Source: Carpediemonas membranifera BICM (Eukaryota; Protista; Fornicata). Taken from it: DNA of 64,000 nt. Of this stretch, positions 21,814 through 32,401 are shown in pieces (the first letter of the stretch is position 1; the number at the start of each line of letters is the position of its first letter). The translations under genes and the position numbers were made by a program. The stretch lies in contig JAHDYR010000038.1 of the NCBI GenBank assembly GCA_019828565.1, positions 574,735 to 638,734 on the forward strand. The letters are read 5' to 3'. The notes under the pieces are model-generated. The model saw only the letters and a program-made list of their open reading frames with translations, had not been told where the DNA came from and searched no databases.

Positions 21814-22665
21814 ATGGAACGAGCAGCAAAACTACTGAGTTTACGCGCTCCGAAAGAAAATTCTGGCGAGGATGACACACCAAAGCAAACGCGGGTCTTG
21901 ACGAAGATGGAGCTGAAGCAGAAGGCACAGAAGGAAAGGTACAAGATGGAATTCGAGCAAGACCAGCGCCAACGCGAAAAGCTTGTCCAAGAAGCTGCCA
22001 GACGGAAGAACTTGGCGTTTGAAAAGAACCTCACCGCGCTGAAGCTTGAAAGAGAGGGCTTCATCGAGGACATGAAGCGTCTAGTCGAGGAATACGACAA
22101 AGAGGTCCGCCGCCGCAAGAAGGCACTCCACAGCGAGTGGGAGCAGCAGGTGTTTGACCCGATCCAGTCCCGCATCCGGGAGAAGGTCGCCCCCCGCAAG
22201 GAGGAGCTCATGAAGCAGAAGAGGGAGCTGTACGACCAGTACCTCTCCACGGTGGCCCGGAAGAAGGTCGGCGGGGTCTACCGGGACATCCTCATCGACG
22301 ACTATGACCCCCTCAAGTGGAGGGCCGAGGACACGAAGGCGAGCGTGAGGATCGACGACCCGCTCGACAGACCCCTCCGTAAGATGGTCACGGAGCACGT
22401 TAAGGTCGGTCTGCCCAAGCCCAGGAAGCAGGCGCCGAGGCAGACTGTGCCCATCGAGCGGTGGGACCACCCCGAGACCACGGGCCTCATCGGGGTCGTG
22501 GTCGAGAAGACGAAGGAGCCCAACCCCATGAGCAAGAGCAGCGTGCGGATCGACCACTACGACGTGCCCCGCGGCAACGAGCATGCCCGGGGCGACTTCC
22601 CTGCCGGTGGGAAGAGTATCAAGCCGCAGCCGGACAGCGTGGCCAGATTAATGGGTCAGTCATGA
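21814..22665 (+). CDS. FAM228-like coiled-coil protein (probably ciliary)
   Basis: LHSEWEQQVFDPIQSRI and VYRDILIDDYDPL resemble FAM228 motifs. TGTAAA follows the stop. Confidence 0.55.
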   Translation: MERAAKLLSLRAPKENSGEDDTPKQTRVLTKMELKQKAQKERYKMEFEQDQRQREKLVQEAARRKNLAFEKNLTALKLEREGFIEDMKRLVEEYDKEVRRRKKALHSEWEQQVFDPIQSRIREKVAPRKEELMKQKRELYDQYLSTVARKKVGGVYRDILIDDYDPLKWRAEDTKASVRIDDPLDRPLRKMVTEHVKVGLPKPRKQAPRQTVPIERWDHPETTGLIGVVVEKTKEPNPMSKSSVRIDHYDVPRGNEHARGDFPAGGKSIKPQPDSVARLMGQS

Positions 22666-22766
22666 CGAATGGCATCTGTAAACGTGCTTCGTCGGGCGGA
22701 GGGTAATCAGATTGGAGATCTGAGTGGTTGATTGATCCTTGTCAAAGACATCGAAAAGCGACAAAG

Positions 22767-23531
22767 ATGCCGAAACAAGATACTCCGCAGCAAGTACTGG
22801 CCGGATTGACATCTAAGAACCAGTTCACAAAGACCGGCACCACAATTTGTGGTGTTATATGCAAGAACGGCGTGGTTCTCGGCGCAGATACCCGGAGTAC
22901 TGCTGGCGACATCGTTATGGACAAGAACTGCGAGAAGATCCACTATATTGCCCCCAACATCTACTGCTGTGGTGCTGGAACCGCCGCGGATACCGAATAC
23001 ACCACGGAACTCATTAGCAGCCAGTGCAAGCTCCACCGCTACAGAACCGACCGCGACACGCGCGTCGCCACAGCCAAGACGATGCTGACGCGCCACCTGT
23101 TCCAGTACCAGGGCCATGTCTCAGCGGCCCTCGTCCTCGGTGGTGTCGACGTCCTTGGCCCCCATCTCCACACCATCTACCCCCACGGGTCGACGGACAC
23201 TCTGCCCTTCGTTGCTATGGGGTCAGGCTCCCTCGCTGCCATCTCTATGCTGGAGCAGGGTGACGCAGACCACCAGGGATGGCGGCCGAACATGGAGGTA
23301 GAGGAGGCGGTGGATCTCGTCAAGAGAGCGATCCACGCGGGTATCTTCAATGATATGGGGTCCGGGTCGAATGTGGACATCTGTGTGATCACCAAGGATG
23401 AGGCTGGCAAGATTGCCGCGGATTACCGGCGCAACACCGACATTGCCAACCCCCGCAAGTACCGCAGGGATGTGCCCTATAAGCTGCCCGCCACGAGGCT
23501 GGTGGAGGTCAACGGGGATATGGACATGTAA
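22767..23531 (+). CDS. PSMB7: 20S proteasome subunit beta-2 (PSMB7/Pup1)
   Basis: [41 protein letters not shown] and [10 protein letters not shown] motifs. Confidence 0.96.
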   Translation: MPKQDTPQQVLAGLTSKNQFTKTGTTICGVICKNGVVLGADTRSTAGDIVMDKNCEKIHYIAPNIYCCGAGTAADTEYTTELISSQCKLHRYRTDRDTRVATAKTMLTRHLFQYQGHVSAALVLGGVDVLGPHLHTIYPHGSTDTLPFVAMGSGSLAAISMLEQGDADHQGWRPNMEVEEAVDLVKRAIHAGIFNDMGSGSNVDICVITKDEAGKIAADYRRNTDIANPRKYRRDVPYKLPATRLVEVNGDMDM

Positions 23532-23584
23532 ATCTAAGGTACAAGATGACAGGTGGTGTGTACGGTCGACGGTAATTCCCCGTC

Positions 23585-23928
23585 ATGTCCAACATCGCGT
23601 CCATCTACGGCCTGGTCGGATCCTCGAGGCCCCCGCCTATCACGCCTCCAAGTGTGGTGTCATCAACTTCACCCGCGCCGTCGCGGCTGAGCTCGCCAAG
23701 TACAACATCACGTGCAACGCCATCTGCCCCGGCTTCTTCACCACCGAGCTGACCGAGAGCTTCATGGAGACCGAGCTCTTCGACAACTACTGTAAGGCCT
23801 CCGTCCCCATGCTCCGCTGGGGCAAGGAGGGCGAGATCAATCCCGGCGCCATCTTCCTGGCCAGCGAGGAGGCCTCGTACGTCACCGGCATCGCCCTCCC
23901 CATCGACGGCGGCTACACTGCCGTTTAA
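23585..23928 (+). pseudogene. C-terminal fragment of a classical short-chain dehydrogenase/reductase (bacterial-like)
   Basis: NIASIYGLVG, a frameshift near 23625, then YHASK, NAICPG and YVTG..LPIDGGYTAV. The TGxxxGxG Rossmann N-terminus is absent. Confidence 0.75.
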
Positions 23929-24079
23929 GTTTACGTTGTAAAACTCAGCTCAGCGGTGAACGCATTGCCCAGGCCGACTGATTCTTCGAGTCAAGACCCT
24001 GCCGCTTCACGAGTCGGCGCCACATGATCAAGCCGCGGACCACTGCCATTGTCATTCTTACCCATTTACTAGCCTTACC

Positions 24080-25192
24080 TTACTGGGCGAGGGACAGGAC
24101 AGACTGTGACATGTCCGCGCTGCCGCCGAGGACGTAGACGGCACCGCTACTGAGGCTGACACCAGTCATCATGATCTGGCTGCCACTCATGCCAACGCCG
24201 TTGACGCGCTGAACAACCCAACCAGAGGGGGAGGTCGCTAGCACGAGTCTGGTGACGGCCCAGGTGTTCTTGGTGGTGAGGCACGTGAGAGAGACTTCGA
24301 TGGTGTGGGCGGACAACACGACGGGAGTGGCCTGGACGATGCCCTTAGATACGATGCCCATGGAGGCGACAGGCTCAAGCATGGCGTCCGTCAGGTCGAG
24401 TTTGAAGTGTTTGAGCTGGTTACCATCGCGCTCGAAGATGACGAAAGAAGGGGCAGCGGTCATGTCCTCGCTGATCTTCTGGTAGACGACTGCGCCGAAG
24501 CCCGCGCAGTTTTCGGAGTCGGGGAGGACGAACTCGGGCGGGACTGAGATGGTCTGGGTCTTGGTGTAGCCGCCGTGGGAATCGGAGACAGCGACGATGG
24601 CAGTGCCATTGGTGTCGATGAGGAGCATGTCGTCGTCGACCAGCTTCATCGCAATGGGCTCATTGTCCACCTCAATGGACACAGTCTTGGCAGCTTGCAG
24701 CTTGCCGTTGACGCGGAAGGCCCCTGAAAGCTGACCAGTGGAGTCGATGCTGAGCACAGCGTCTTCCTTGAACACGGCGGCGGAGGCGTAACCGTTGGCA
24801 GGCAGCTTGCCGTTGGGGATCAGTGCTTTGTGGCCCGAGCGCTTGTAATCGAAGACTGCGGCTTCGCCGGTCTCCATGTTCGTCGCAGCCAACATGAGGT
24901 AGTCGCGGGAGATGACCATCGGGATTAGCATGCCGTAGTTGTCGCCCGTGATGGCCTCGTTCTTGGACCATGTCTTGCCGTCAGCGGAGGTGTAGATGTA
25001 GACTTTCGTGTTGTAATCGCCTTGCATCCAGTTGGCGACGGCGATTGGAATCATATCGTTCGTGCCAATGAGGGGCGCGGGGAAGAACTGGCCGTCGGGG
25101 TTGCTGCTGGGATCAGTGGCAACGGTGATGGCAGAAAAGCAGGAAACGCACGCTACAAGAGCCACAAGGGCAAAAACCCTGAATGTTTGCAT
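24080..25192 (-). CDS. Secreted hypothetical protein (signal peptide, beta-propeller-like)
   Basis: MQTFRVFALVALVACVSC signal peptide; AGTAAA downstream on the minus strand. Confidence 0.75.
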   Translation of the reverse strand: MQTFRVFALVALVACVSCFSAITVATDPSSNPDGQFFPAPLIGTNDMIPIAVANWMQGDYNTKVYIYTSADGKTWSKNEAITGDNYGMLIPMVISRDYLMLAATNMETGEAAVFDYKRSGHKALIPNGKLPANGYASAAVFKEDAVLSIDSTGQLSGAFRVNGKLQAAKTVSIEVDNEPIAMKLVDDDMLLIDTNGTAIVAVSDSHGGYTKTQTISVPPEFVLPDSENCAGFGAVVYQKISEDMTAAPSFVIFERDGNQLKHFKLDLTDAMLEPVASMGIVSKGIVQATPVVLSAHTIEVSLTCLTTKNTWAVTRLVLATSPSGWVVQRVNGVGMSGSQIMMTGVSLSSGAVYVLGGSADMSQSVLSLAQ

Positions 25193-25645
25193 GAATTGCT
25201 GTAGTGTCGCCCGACTTGGAGACAGTTATATCCTGTATCTCTCAGATATGCTCAGATTTTGATTATTTATCGCCCCTGGCGCTGGTCTTTCCAACCCTAA
25301 CCCGTTGAATACCCGCGGCACCCCCAAGCGGAGGCTGGGCTCGCATCGGGAATCGCGAAGGGATGGTGAAGAAAACACGTTGGCTAGAGTGACAGTCCTC
25401 TGTCCTATTCTGCACCAAACTTCTGCACCGATGCAGCGCCGAACGCGTCATTGGCCAGCGCCAGCCATCTGGCGAACGAAGAAAGCGACGTCCGTTCGTT
25501 GTCCGCTCAATGGCTGAAGACTCCACAACCCCCCGGACCCTCGCCTCACCCGATTGGTGGCAACGTGAGTTGGCCGAGTCTGTCATCGTGGCATGGTTGC
25601 AACTGCCCAGATCGATGTGACTCTGGGCAAGTCGACAATTCGCCA

Positions 25646-26266
25646 ATGACCACTGCGCAAGCAACAAAGAGTTGCATCACCTTACAAGGATCAGCTCAGA
25701 TCGTGTCTGAGTACCTTGAATGCGCTGTTGAGAACATTCTTTTCCTTCGAGGTGTTTTCCCTGACGATCATTTCACAAGGAAGCGTCTGTACGAGCTCAA
25801 CGTTGTTACAACCTCTGATGAGTCACTCAAGAAGTATCTGAAAGCCAATATCGCCACCATCTCTTCGTGGATCGAGAGTAACAAGGTCGAGCGTCTTGTT
25901 CTCGTCCTAGCAAACTCCACCAACGACGAAACGATCGAGCGCTGGGAGTTCGACATCAAGACTGACGCCCAGGCAGAGAATGACGAGAGTACCACGTCCG
26001 ACAAGCCCTTGAAGGAGATCCAGAAGGAGATCCAGGCCGTCGTCCGACAGATCACGACCTCGTCGACATTCCTCCCAACCATTGAGGTACCGTGCAGCTT
26101 CGACATCATCCTCCACACCAAGCAGGGCCTCGAGATGGGCAACGAGTGGGAGATCAGCGCCCCCAAGACCATTGACGGTGCAGTCGAGGTCAAGTTCAAG
26201 AGCTTCGACACCAAGCTCCACAGGGTGGAGACCGGCGTCTGCTACAAGCCCTCGGATGACTTGTAG
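25646..26266 (+). CDS. MAD2: Spindle checkpoint HORMA protein Mad2
   Basis: ITLQGSAQIVSEYL, ILFLRGVFP, ERWEFDI, IQKEIQAVVRQIT..TFLP and SFDTKLHRV motifs. Confidence 0.93.
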   Translation: MTTAQATKSCITLQGSAQIVSEYLECAVENILFLRGVFPDDHFTRKRLYELNVVTTSDESLKKYLKANIATISSWIESNKVERLVLVLANSTNDETIERWEFDIKTDAQAENDESTTSDKPLKEIQKEIQAVVRQITTSSTFLPTIEVPCSFDIILHTKQGLEMGNEWEISAPKTIDGAVEVKFKSFDTKLHRVETGVCYKPSDDL

Positions 26267-26452
26267 GCAGTGTCAGTGCCACCCACACTGCTTGAACTCG
26301 TCTCCATAAACTGTCACGGAAATATCGAGCAGCCCTTAACACTCATAGCAAAGTCAGGCAGGGCATGATACGGTATACCTGCTACCCCTCCATAGGTAGC
26401 TGCGGGGCATAAGAATGGACCATCAATCCAAGGTCGGCCATGGCATGCCGCG

Positions 26453-27874
26453 GGGCTTGGGGCAGAAGGCGCCATACACACGCATGCTTGCTATCATGCG
26501 CGAGTGCGGCTGCAGCGGCGACAGTTGCTACATTGTGACCGACTTGAACCGACTGCTGGAGAAATTTGTCGATTTTGCGTACGGAGAAGCATGCCCAAAT
26601 GGACACATATTCTCCCGTTTGATAGCAGTAGGGCCGCTTTTTGTGTTGCTAAACACCCTCATTATCCGCTTATCGCCATCGGAAAGACTGATCACTTCGT
26701 TCACCTTGTGCAGCTTGACCTGGATGCACCCGAGGAGCTCTCGATGTCGCCAGAGCGGAAACGCTCTCCGTGGATCGTGAAGTGGCATCCGACAGCCATC
26801 GACCGGCTTGTAGTTGCGGACCTCAGCGGCAAGATCACACTCTACACCATCCAGGGCCTTCCCTGGGCGGCCACGTGGGTGGAGGAGGTCAGCTGGCAGC
26901 TTACAGACCAAAACTACAAGTCTTCCAGCCCGACATCGCTGTTCTTCCATCCCGTTGACCCCAGCTACCTCTTCGTGTCGACCCACAGCGCAGTGTACCT
27001 CATCGACACCACTGTGGATCCCAGTCACGGGCTGACCGAGATCGAGGGGGCCGACAGACTGTTCACGTCCACTACCACGGTGCGGACGTCAGGCTACCAC
27101 CTCAAGCTCAGCATCGACGCGCTTGTCCCCTTCGTCACCGCCCGCAGCAGCGGGCTCGTCGCCGCCGTCCGCGGCCAAGACTGGGTTAGAGGGCATGAGC
27201 GCCACATGGCGCAGGACACATACATCATCCCCTACAAGTTCGCGGGCAAACCGAAGACGCGCTTCGACGCAGCCTCGTGCTTCATCAGCCGGACCGAGAC
27301 GATCCACGAGAGCTCGCTGGTTGTTCACAACGGTCTGCTTGCAGTTCAGGGTCATGCTGCTGAGAGCGCGGTCGAGCTGCCCCAGGCCTTCCCACCGCTG
27401 CCCGAACCAGGCAAGGTCCCCAAGACGATCGAGCAGATGGAAGAGGGCCTCTTCCGGAAACTCGAGGAGGCCGAGGCATACCCCGCGCTGCTGGTGGTCG
27501 ACCTCGAGGCCGTACAGGGTATTGGGCCGCAAAAGCCAGCGATGCAGAAGATCGAGCTCGACTATCGCAAGCCCCACCCAACCTCACTGTGCTGGTGCGG
27601 CGACCGCTTGGTGATCGGGCCGACCCGGCTTGGGGTGAATGTCTCGTTCCGCGTCTTCGATGCCAGCAAAGGCACCCTGGTGGAGAAGCCGCCGATGAGC
27701 ACCCCGCAGTCGGAGCTCGACGGCTCCCACATGTCGATGCTGTCCGATGGCTTCCACAACAGCAACACCTTGGAGCCGGCGGGGGACGATCGGCTGATCT
27801 CGGCCACCCCCAACGGCATCGTGGCCATAGCCTTCGTTGACAGCAGCGAGTGAGTGTACATATAAATCGCAGCT
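26453..27874 (+). repeat. 1.42 kb direct duplication, copy 2
   Basis: Matches 9598-11019. Confidence 0.95.
26484..27853 (+). CDS. WD40 protein, AMBRA1/DCAF-like (copy 2); predicted intron 26579-26628
   Basis: Near-identical to 9629-10998; followed by TGTAAA. Confidence 0.6.
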
Positions 27875-28070
27875 GTAAAGTGCAACTGCTACGGCTTGGT
27901 GAGCCAGGCCTCCCTGCTGGTGGGCATGTCGGCTGGGTCGACCTAGGACAAAAGAGTCGGCAACGAGGGCCACGCAGCAGATAGCTGACCCTGGTCGGCC
28001 AGCTGCCTGGGGTTGATGAGGCCAGAGTCCATGACTCGGCGTGGGGTTGCCGCAGTTTTGTCTCATTGAA

Positions 28071-29213
28071 ATGGTTGGACACACAACAGAGCTTCTAACA
28101 AAGCTGACGGAGATCAAGCCATCTGAAGCTAGCAAAAATGCCGAGTTCGTTACGATCTCCTTCATGGATGTCGAGGATGAGTTCCAGGAAGGCGATAACA
28201 CTCCTCCAAGTCCAGTTCCTCGTGTTCCGCGTCATTACAAGCTTGCTACTGGGAAGAGGCCGCTTAGCTTCCCGCAGCTGACCTCCTGGCCTTCATGGCT
28301 TGTCCGCTACGCCTATCTCAAGCTACATCCCGAGCTCAAATCGCTCACACAAGCACATACTCTGCTCGAGGCCCCCTCTCGCGCTGTCCTTCACGACGGC
28401 ATAGTCTACGATGCCCCCGACAGCACTGCCCCGTCTCTAGTTACTGGCCACGGTCCTGTCCTATGCGCCACGAAGCTCGGCTCCCACATTCTCTCTGCTC
28501 ACGCCACCGGCCTGTGCCTCTCCGCCCCCAACAGCTCCTCCTCGGACGACAGGTTCGTGCCCGTTGAGCTCACTGGTGCGCGGATGCTCAGTGTGCACAA
28601 GAACACCACTCTCGTTGCCGTCGCACGCGTCTCGGGCGTGAGCGTTGTCGACCTCGACACATCAAACGCTTCGTACCTGCCTGTGCGTGCGCACATCGCT
28701 GCCTTCTCCCCTGATGGCTCAATGATCGCGATGGCCACAGCCTCTGGCGTCTGGTTGCACTCTCTCCGCACCGCGCGCCGTTCTTTCTTCCCCACCCAAC
28801 GCCCGATCACAGCGATGGTTTGGATAGAGTCTGCTTTGGTAATGGCCGAGCATGAGTGCACCACGCTTGAAGTTGCCGTGGCGAATCCGAAGACGCTCGT
28901 GCTTTCGCCCATTGGCGGGCTGGGTCTCCAGCCAGTCGCCCTCGGGGGCGCTGTCCTTGGCGGTGCAGTTACTAACCTTGTTTATGCAGATAAGGTGCTC
29001 CATGTAACTGCTGGAATCAGGGCTGGTGGGCGAGCACATGCCTCGCTCATTTCGATGGTTGTCTCCATCGACGCCGTGCCCCGAGGCGTGGTGATCCGGG
29101 CAGGCGGGACCACAGACCGGGTGTGGGGTGACGTGGTTCCACAGCTGTCGGCTGCCCCTGGCGTGCTGTGCTACCTGCTGGACGGGGAAGTTATGTCGGT
29201 GGATGTGCTGTAG
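28071..29213 (+). CDS. WD40-like protein (possibly a divergent Aladin/AAAS)
   Basis: AFSPDGSMIAMAT and repeated beta-strand blades; the specific orthology is weak. Confidence 0.5.
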   Translation: MVGHTTELLTKLTEIKPSEASKNAEFVTISFMDVEDEFQEGDNTPPSPVPRVPRHYKLATGKRPLSFPQLTSWPSWLVRYAYLKLHPELKSLTQAHTLLEAPSRAVLHDGIVYDAPDSTAPSLVTGHGPVLCATKLGSHILSAHATGLCLSAPNSSSSDDRFVPVELTGARMLSVHKNTTLVAVARVSGVSVVDLDTSNASYLPVRAHIAAFSPDGSMIAMATASGVWLHSLRTARRSFFPTQRPITAMVWIESALVMAEHECTTLEVAVANPKTLVLSPIGGLGLQPVALGGAVLGGAVTNLVYADKVLHVTAGIRAGGRAHASLISMVVSIDAVPRGVVIRAGGTTDRVWGDVVPQLSAAPGVLCYLLDGEVMSVDVL

Positions 29214-29470
29214 ATTGTTGGGAGTTCTCGCATTGGAAATTAAAAGCATCAGGCGTCCGTTGGCGTTCCCCTGGTACCTGGTATGGCCACAGCAGCGAGT
29301 GTCGAGTGCCGAGAGGCGCCCTTGAGGGTCTTGTGCAAAAAATCTTCCACATCACATGGACGAATGGGAATTTAGGAACGCATGGCGCGCGCGAATGAAC
29401 GAGTTGCACGTTACAGACAGGCTTAAGGTTTGTATTCGGGCTGATTCTCACTCAGACCCAGCTCAGGCAG

Positions 29471-30610
29471 ATGGTATTCACGGATGAGCTCACATACAGC
29501 TCAGGAATGCGCGAGGAGCTTACAGATGACCTTTCTCTGGCCATTAAGCTGATACAGGACCTTCAGGATTCGCTCTTTCCCCGCAGTGCGTCAGTATTAA
29601 GCGCCGAATCCGGGGTCAACTCTCCAAACCGCCGAGACCTTGCCGATAAGCTGAAACTCAGGCTTCCAGACCTCAGCACAGACCATCCTCTGCTCCTACA
29701 GCTCGCTACTTGGCTCCAGAGGAAGGCTGATGACTCACTCAGCAAGAGCCTCCAGGTCTCCCCAACCCTGAAGGCTGTGGGTGTGAACACGGAAGCATCG
29801 CCTGACGTATCTGCTGTTCAGCAGAAAGAAATCGAAGAAAAGGTCACGGCTCGTCTGCGAGCCAAGTTTGAGAACGAAAAGCTAGTCGCAGTTGCCCGCC
29901 TCGAAGGAATCATGGAAGGCCGCGAGCAGCAGCGGGTCGCTGAACGGATTGCAATGGAACAACGCGAGAAGAACCGCGAGGAGAAGATAGCGAGGCTTGA
30001 GGGCGAGCTCTTTGCGTTGCGGGATCGGACATCCAGGATTGCCTCTGAGGCGAAGACATTGCATGATGACGCCGAAGCTCGGAAAGAGAAGCTGGCTGAG
30101 AGTGTTGCTGAGGTTGAGCACGCGTACTACAGCTTGCAGACCAAGATGAAGCACACCTCACCCACTCCTTCGCCCCGCGTCCCCCAGCCATCACCAGGCC
30201 AAGAAGAGCCGAGACCCGAGCAGGATAGCCGCCCAGCTCCCCTGGTAGCATCGCCCGACAGTGACAAGGAAATGATTACATCAACTCCAATCCAAGTCAC
30301 CCCGGAGGTACCCCGATCTGCAGAGCTCCCTTCGCCACTGTCCGCACCAGTGCAGAGCAGTCAGCCCAAGTTACGGATGGGATCGGTGCTGTCTGCTGGC
30401 TCCTGGGCGGTCCCAAGTGCATCCAAGGTTCATAGTGGGCGATTGCCTGAGATCGTCCCGAGTGTGAGATCATCAAATGTTGTAATCGGCCAGAGTCCCG
30501 CAATTGCGACTCCCACGATGGTCACTGAAGTGAAGCCAGAGCCCGAAGACGCTGGGCAGTTTTCCGACCACTTTGAGGATGAGACGGTCGAGGAGATTGA
30601 CAGCGATTGA
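29471..30610 (+). CDS. Coiled-coil hypothetical protein
   Basis: 379-aa ORF with a heptad-rich E/K/R middle and a Pro/Ser tail. Confidence 0.7.
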   Translation: MVFTDELTYSSGMREELTDDLSLAIKLIQDLQDSLFPRSASVLSAESGVNSPNRRDLADKLKLRLPDLSTDHPLLLQLATWLQRKADDSLSKSLQVSPTLKAVGVNTEASPDVSAVQQKEIEEKVTARLRAKFENEKLVAVARLEGIMEGREQQRVAERIAMEQREKNREEKIARLEGELFALRDRTSRIASEAKTLHDDAEARKEKLAESVAEVEHAYYSLQTKMKHTSPTPSPRVPQPSPGQEEPRPEQDSRPAPLVASPDSDKEMITSTPIQVTPEVPRSAELPSPLSAPVQSSQPKLRMGSVLSAGSWAVPSASKVHSGRLPEIVPSVRSSNVVIGQSPAIATPTMVTEVKPEPEDAGQFSDHFEDETVEEIDSD

Positions 30611-31571
30611 GATTTGATGTGATTATTGAGCGGTCCGTCAGATTGGATAGCGCATCAAGAGAGTGGTACAGTGATACACAGCGGGGTAAAGATGGTAGCA
30701 TGGCTTTATTGGCGCCCGGACTCATGGGGATAGTGATTTCGGCCATCGACCGATCCGCACAACGTAAGTGAGCGGAGATGCTTGAAATCATCATTGGATT
30801 TCTCTCAGTTGGATGTTAGTGATCGTTGAGGGCGTTCAATAGGCATGTGTGTGCCAGCGCCAGAGGCATGGTTGGGGAAATGTGCGTGTCAAAGTTTGAA
30901 GAAGGAAATGTGAAGGCAGAAAGCAAGAAAGAGCAAAACTAAAACGCTTGATTCGTTCGGTGTCGTGCCTTGCGCAAGAATTGAGCCCGAGGCAGCTGCT
31001 AAGTTTTTCCCAAGGCATCTTCCAACTTTTCATCTGCCATCCATTTGACCACCCAACTCAGCCCACAAAACGGGATAAGAGGCACTATACCGACCTCAAC
31101 AGCAGCCAAGGATCCTGCTGCCCAAATTTTGACCGGACCTTTTTTCAATATTAGTGGGGTCCACGACAGAATCGAGGCATATGCGCGGTCCCAGCAAAAT
31201 AGCTTGGGTTGGCTTAGCCCGCAATTGACCAGCAAGAGCCCCAGATAGAGATGCTCTCTTGTCGCGCCAGCTATCACGGGATCTGAATTGTCAGTTTTGC
31301 TCTCGGACTGGACCTGCAGATCGAGTGAGTTCATATCTCCAGATTAGTTGTAACTTGGTTAAATATTCTTGTCGAGTGTGGACAGTTTGTTGGTTTTGAT
31401 GATCTCATATCCTGGTGTTGGCGGAACTTTGATCTGTCCTGACCGACCTCCTTATCGTCCCAAGATCGCGACTGGACAATATTCCTCCGAATCCATGTTT
31501 TGGATTGGAGGTTTTGCATACCGATACCGTTGTGGTTGAGTGCAGAATAAGGCACGCATTGAAGACAAACG

Positions 31572-32156
31572 ATGGAGCAGAGCCTGTTCAAGCCCATCCA
31601 GCGAAAGATGCCAGATCTTTCTTCCATGATGCCAGAATTGGTGAATCGTGTGAAGATTATGGCGCTCGGGGACCCAGGAGTCGGAAAATCATGCCTCATC
31701 AAGCGTTTCTGCGAAGGCCGCTTCCTTGAGAAGTACATCTCGACGATAGGAATAGATTATGGTGTTCGGGAAGTCCGTGTGGCAGGAAAGTCCGTCAAGG
31801 TGAACTTCTGGGACGTCTCAGGCCATCCCCAGTATCTCGAGATCAGGAACGAATTCTACGGCGACAGCCAGTGCATCATAGTCATCTACGACGTCTCCAA
31901 CCGCCAGTCCTTCTCCAATATCGGCAAGTGGTTGACCGAAGCGGTAGAATGCGGCTTCGACCAGGCCCGCTCGTCCATCGTCCTCGTTGGTACCAAGACT
32001 GACAAGACTAGAGCCATCTCCACCGATGAGGGCAAGCGGCTGGCTGAAACCAATGGCTTTGCGTTCTTTGAAGCCTCAGCTAAGAGCGGCGAGGGTGTGT
32101 CCGACATGTTCACCGCCGTGTTCCAGGCCGTGTGCAAGAAGGCGTGGGCTGAGTGA
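31572..32156 (+). CDS. RJL: RJL-family Ras-like GTPase (DNAJC27/RBJ-like, no J domain)
   Basis: GDPGVGKSCLIKRFCE, TIGIDYGV, NFWDVSGHP..EIRNEFY (His at the catalytic Gln position), TKTD and EASAK; no CAAX. Confidence 0.85.
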   Translation: MEQSLFKPIQRKMPDLSSMMPELVNRVKIMALGDPGVGKSCLIKRFCEGRFLEKYISTIGIDYGVREVRVAGKSVKVNFWDVSGHPQYLEIRNEFYGDSQCIIVIYDVSNRQSFSNIGKWLTEAVECGFDQARSSIVLVGTKTDKTRAISTDEGKRLAETNGFAFFEASAKSGEGVSDMFTAVFQAVCKKAWAE

Positions 32157-32401
32157 TAGGCCATACACAGCTACTGTGCAATACCACTGAGTGATACATC
32201 AGGGCCAGTCTTGGCCGCCGGGAGCCTGACCCAGGTGTTGGCCGGATCTGCCATGCCCCGCGAACCGCGAACTACGGGGTTGAATACGTTCAAAAGTTGC
32301 ACGCCGTCTCACTCTATCCTCCGGTTTGCTTGAATTCTGCTATTGATACTCCATTTATGGTTTATGGGCCCGTCATGTATGGTCCATGACAGGACGGGGG
32401 A

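Noticed and set aside
23398-23584. N-terminal part of the 176-aa ORF as a real SDR N-terminus
   Set aside because: It overlaps the PSMB7 3' end out of frame and lacks the Rossmann motif.
30620-31560. Short ORFs in this gap and at 34959-35416 and 2300-3100
   Set aside because: No motifs, no host codon bias and mostly non-ATG starts.
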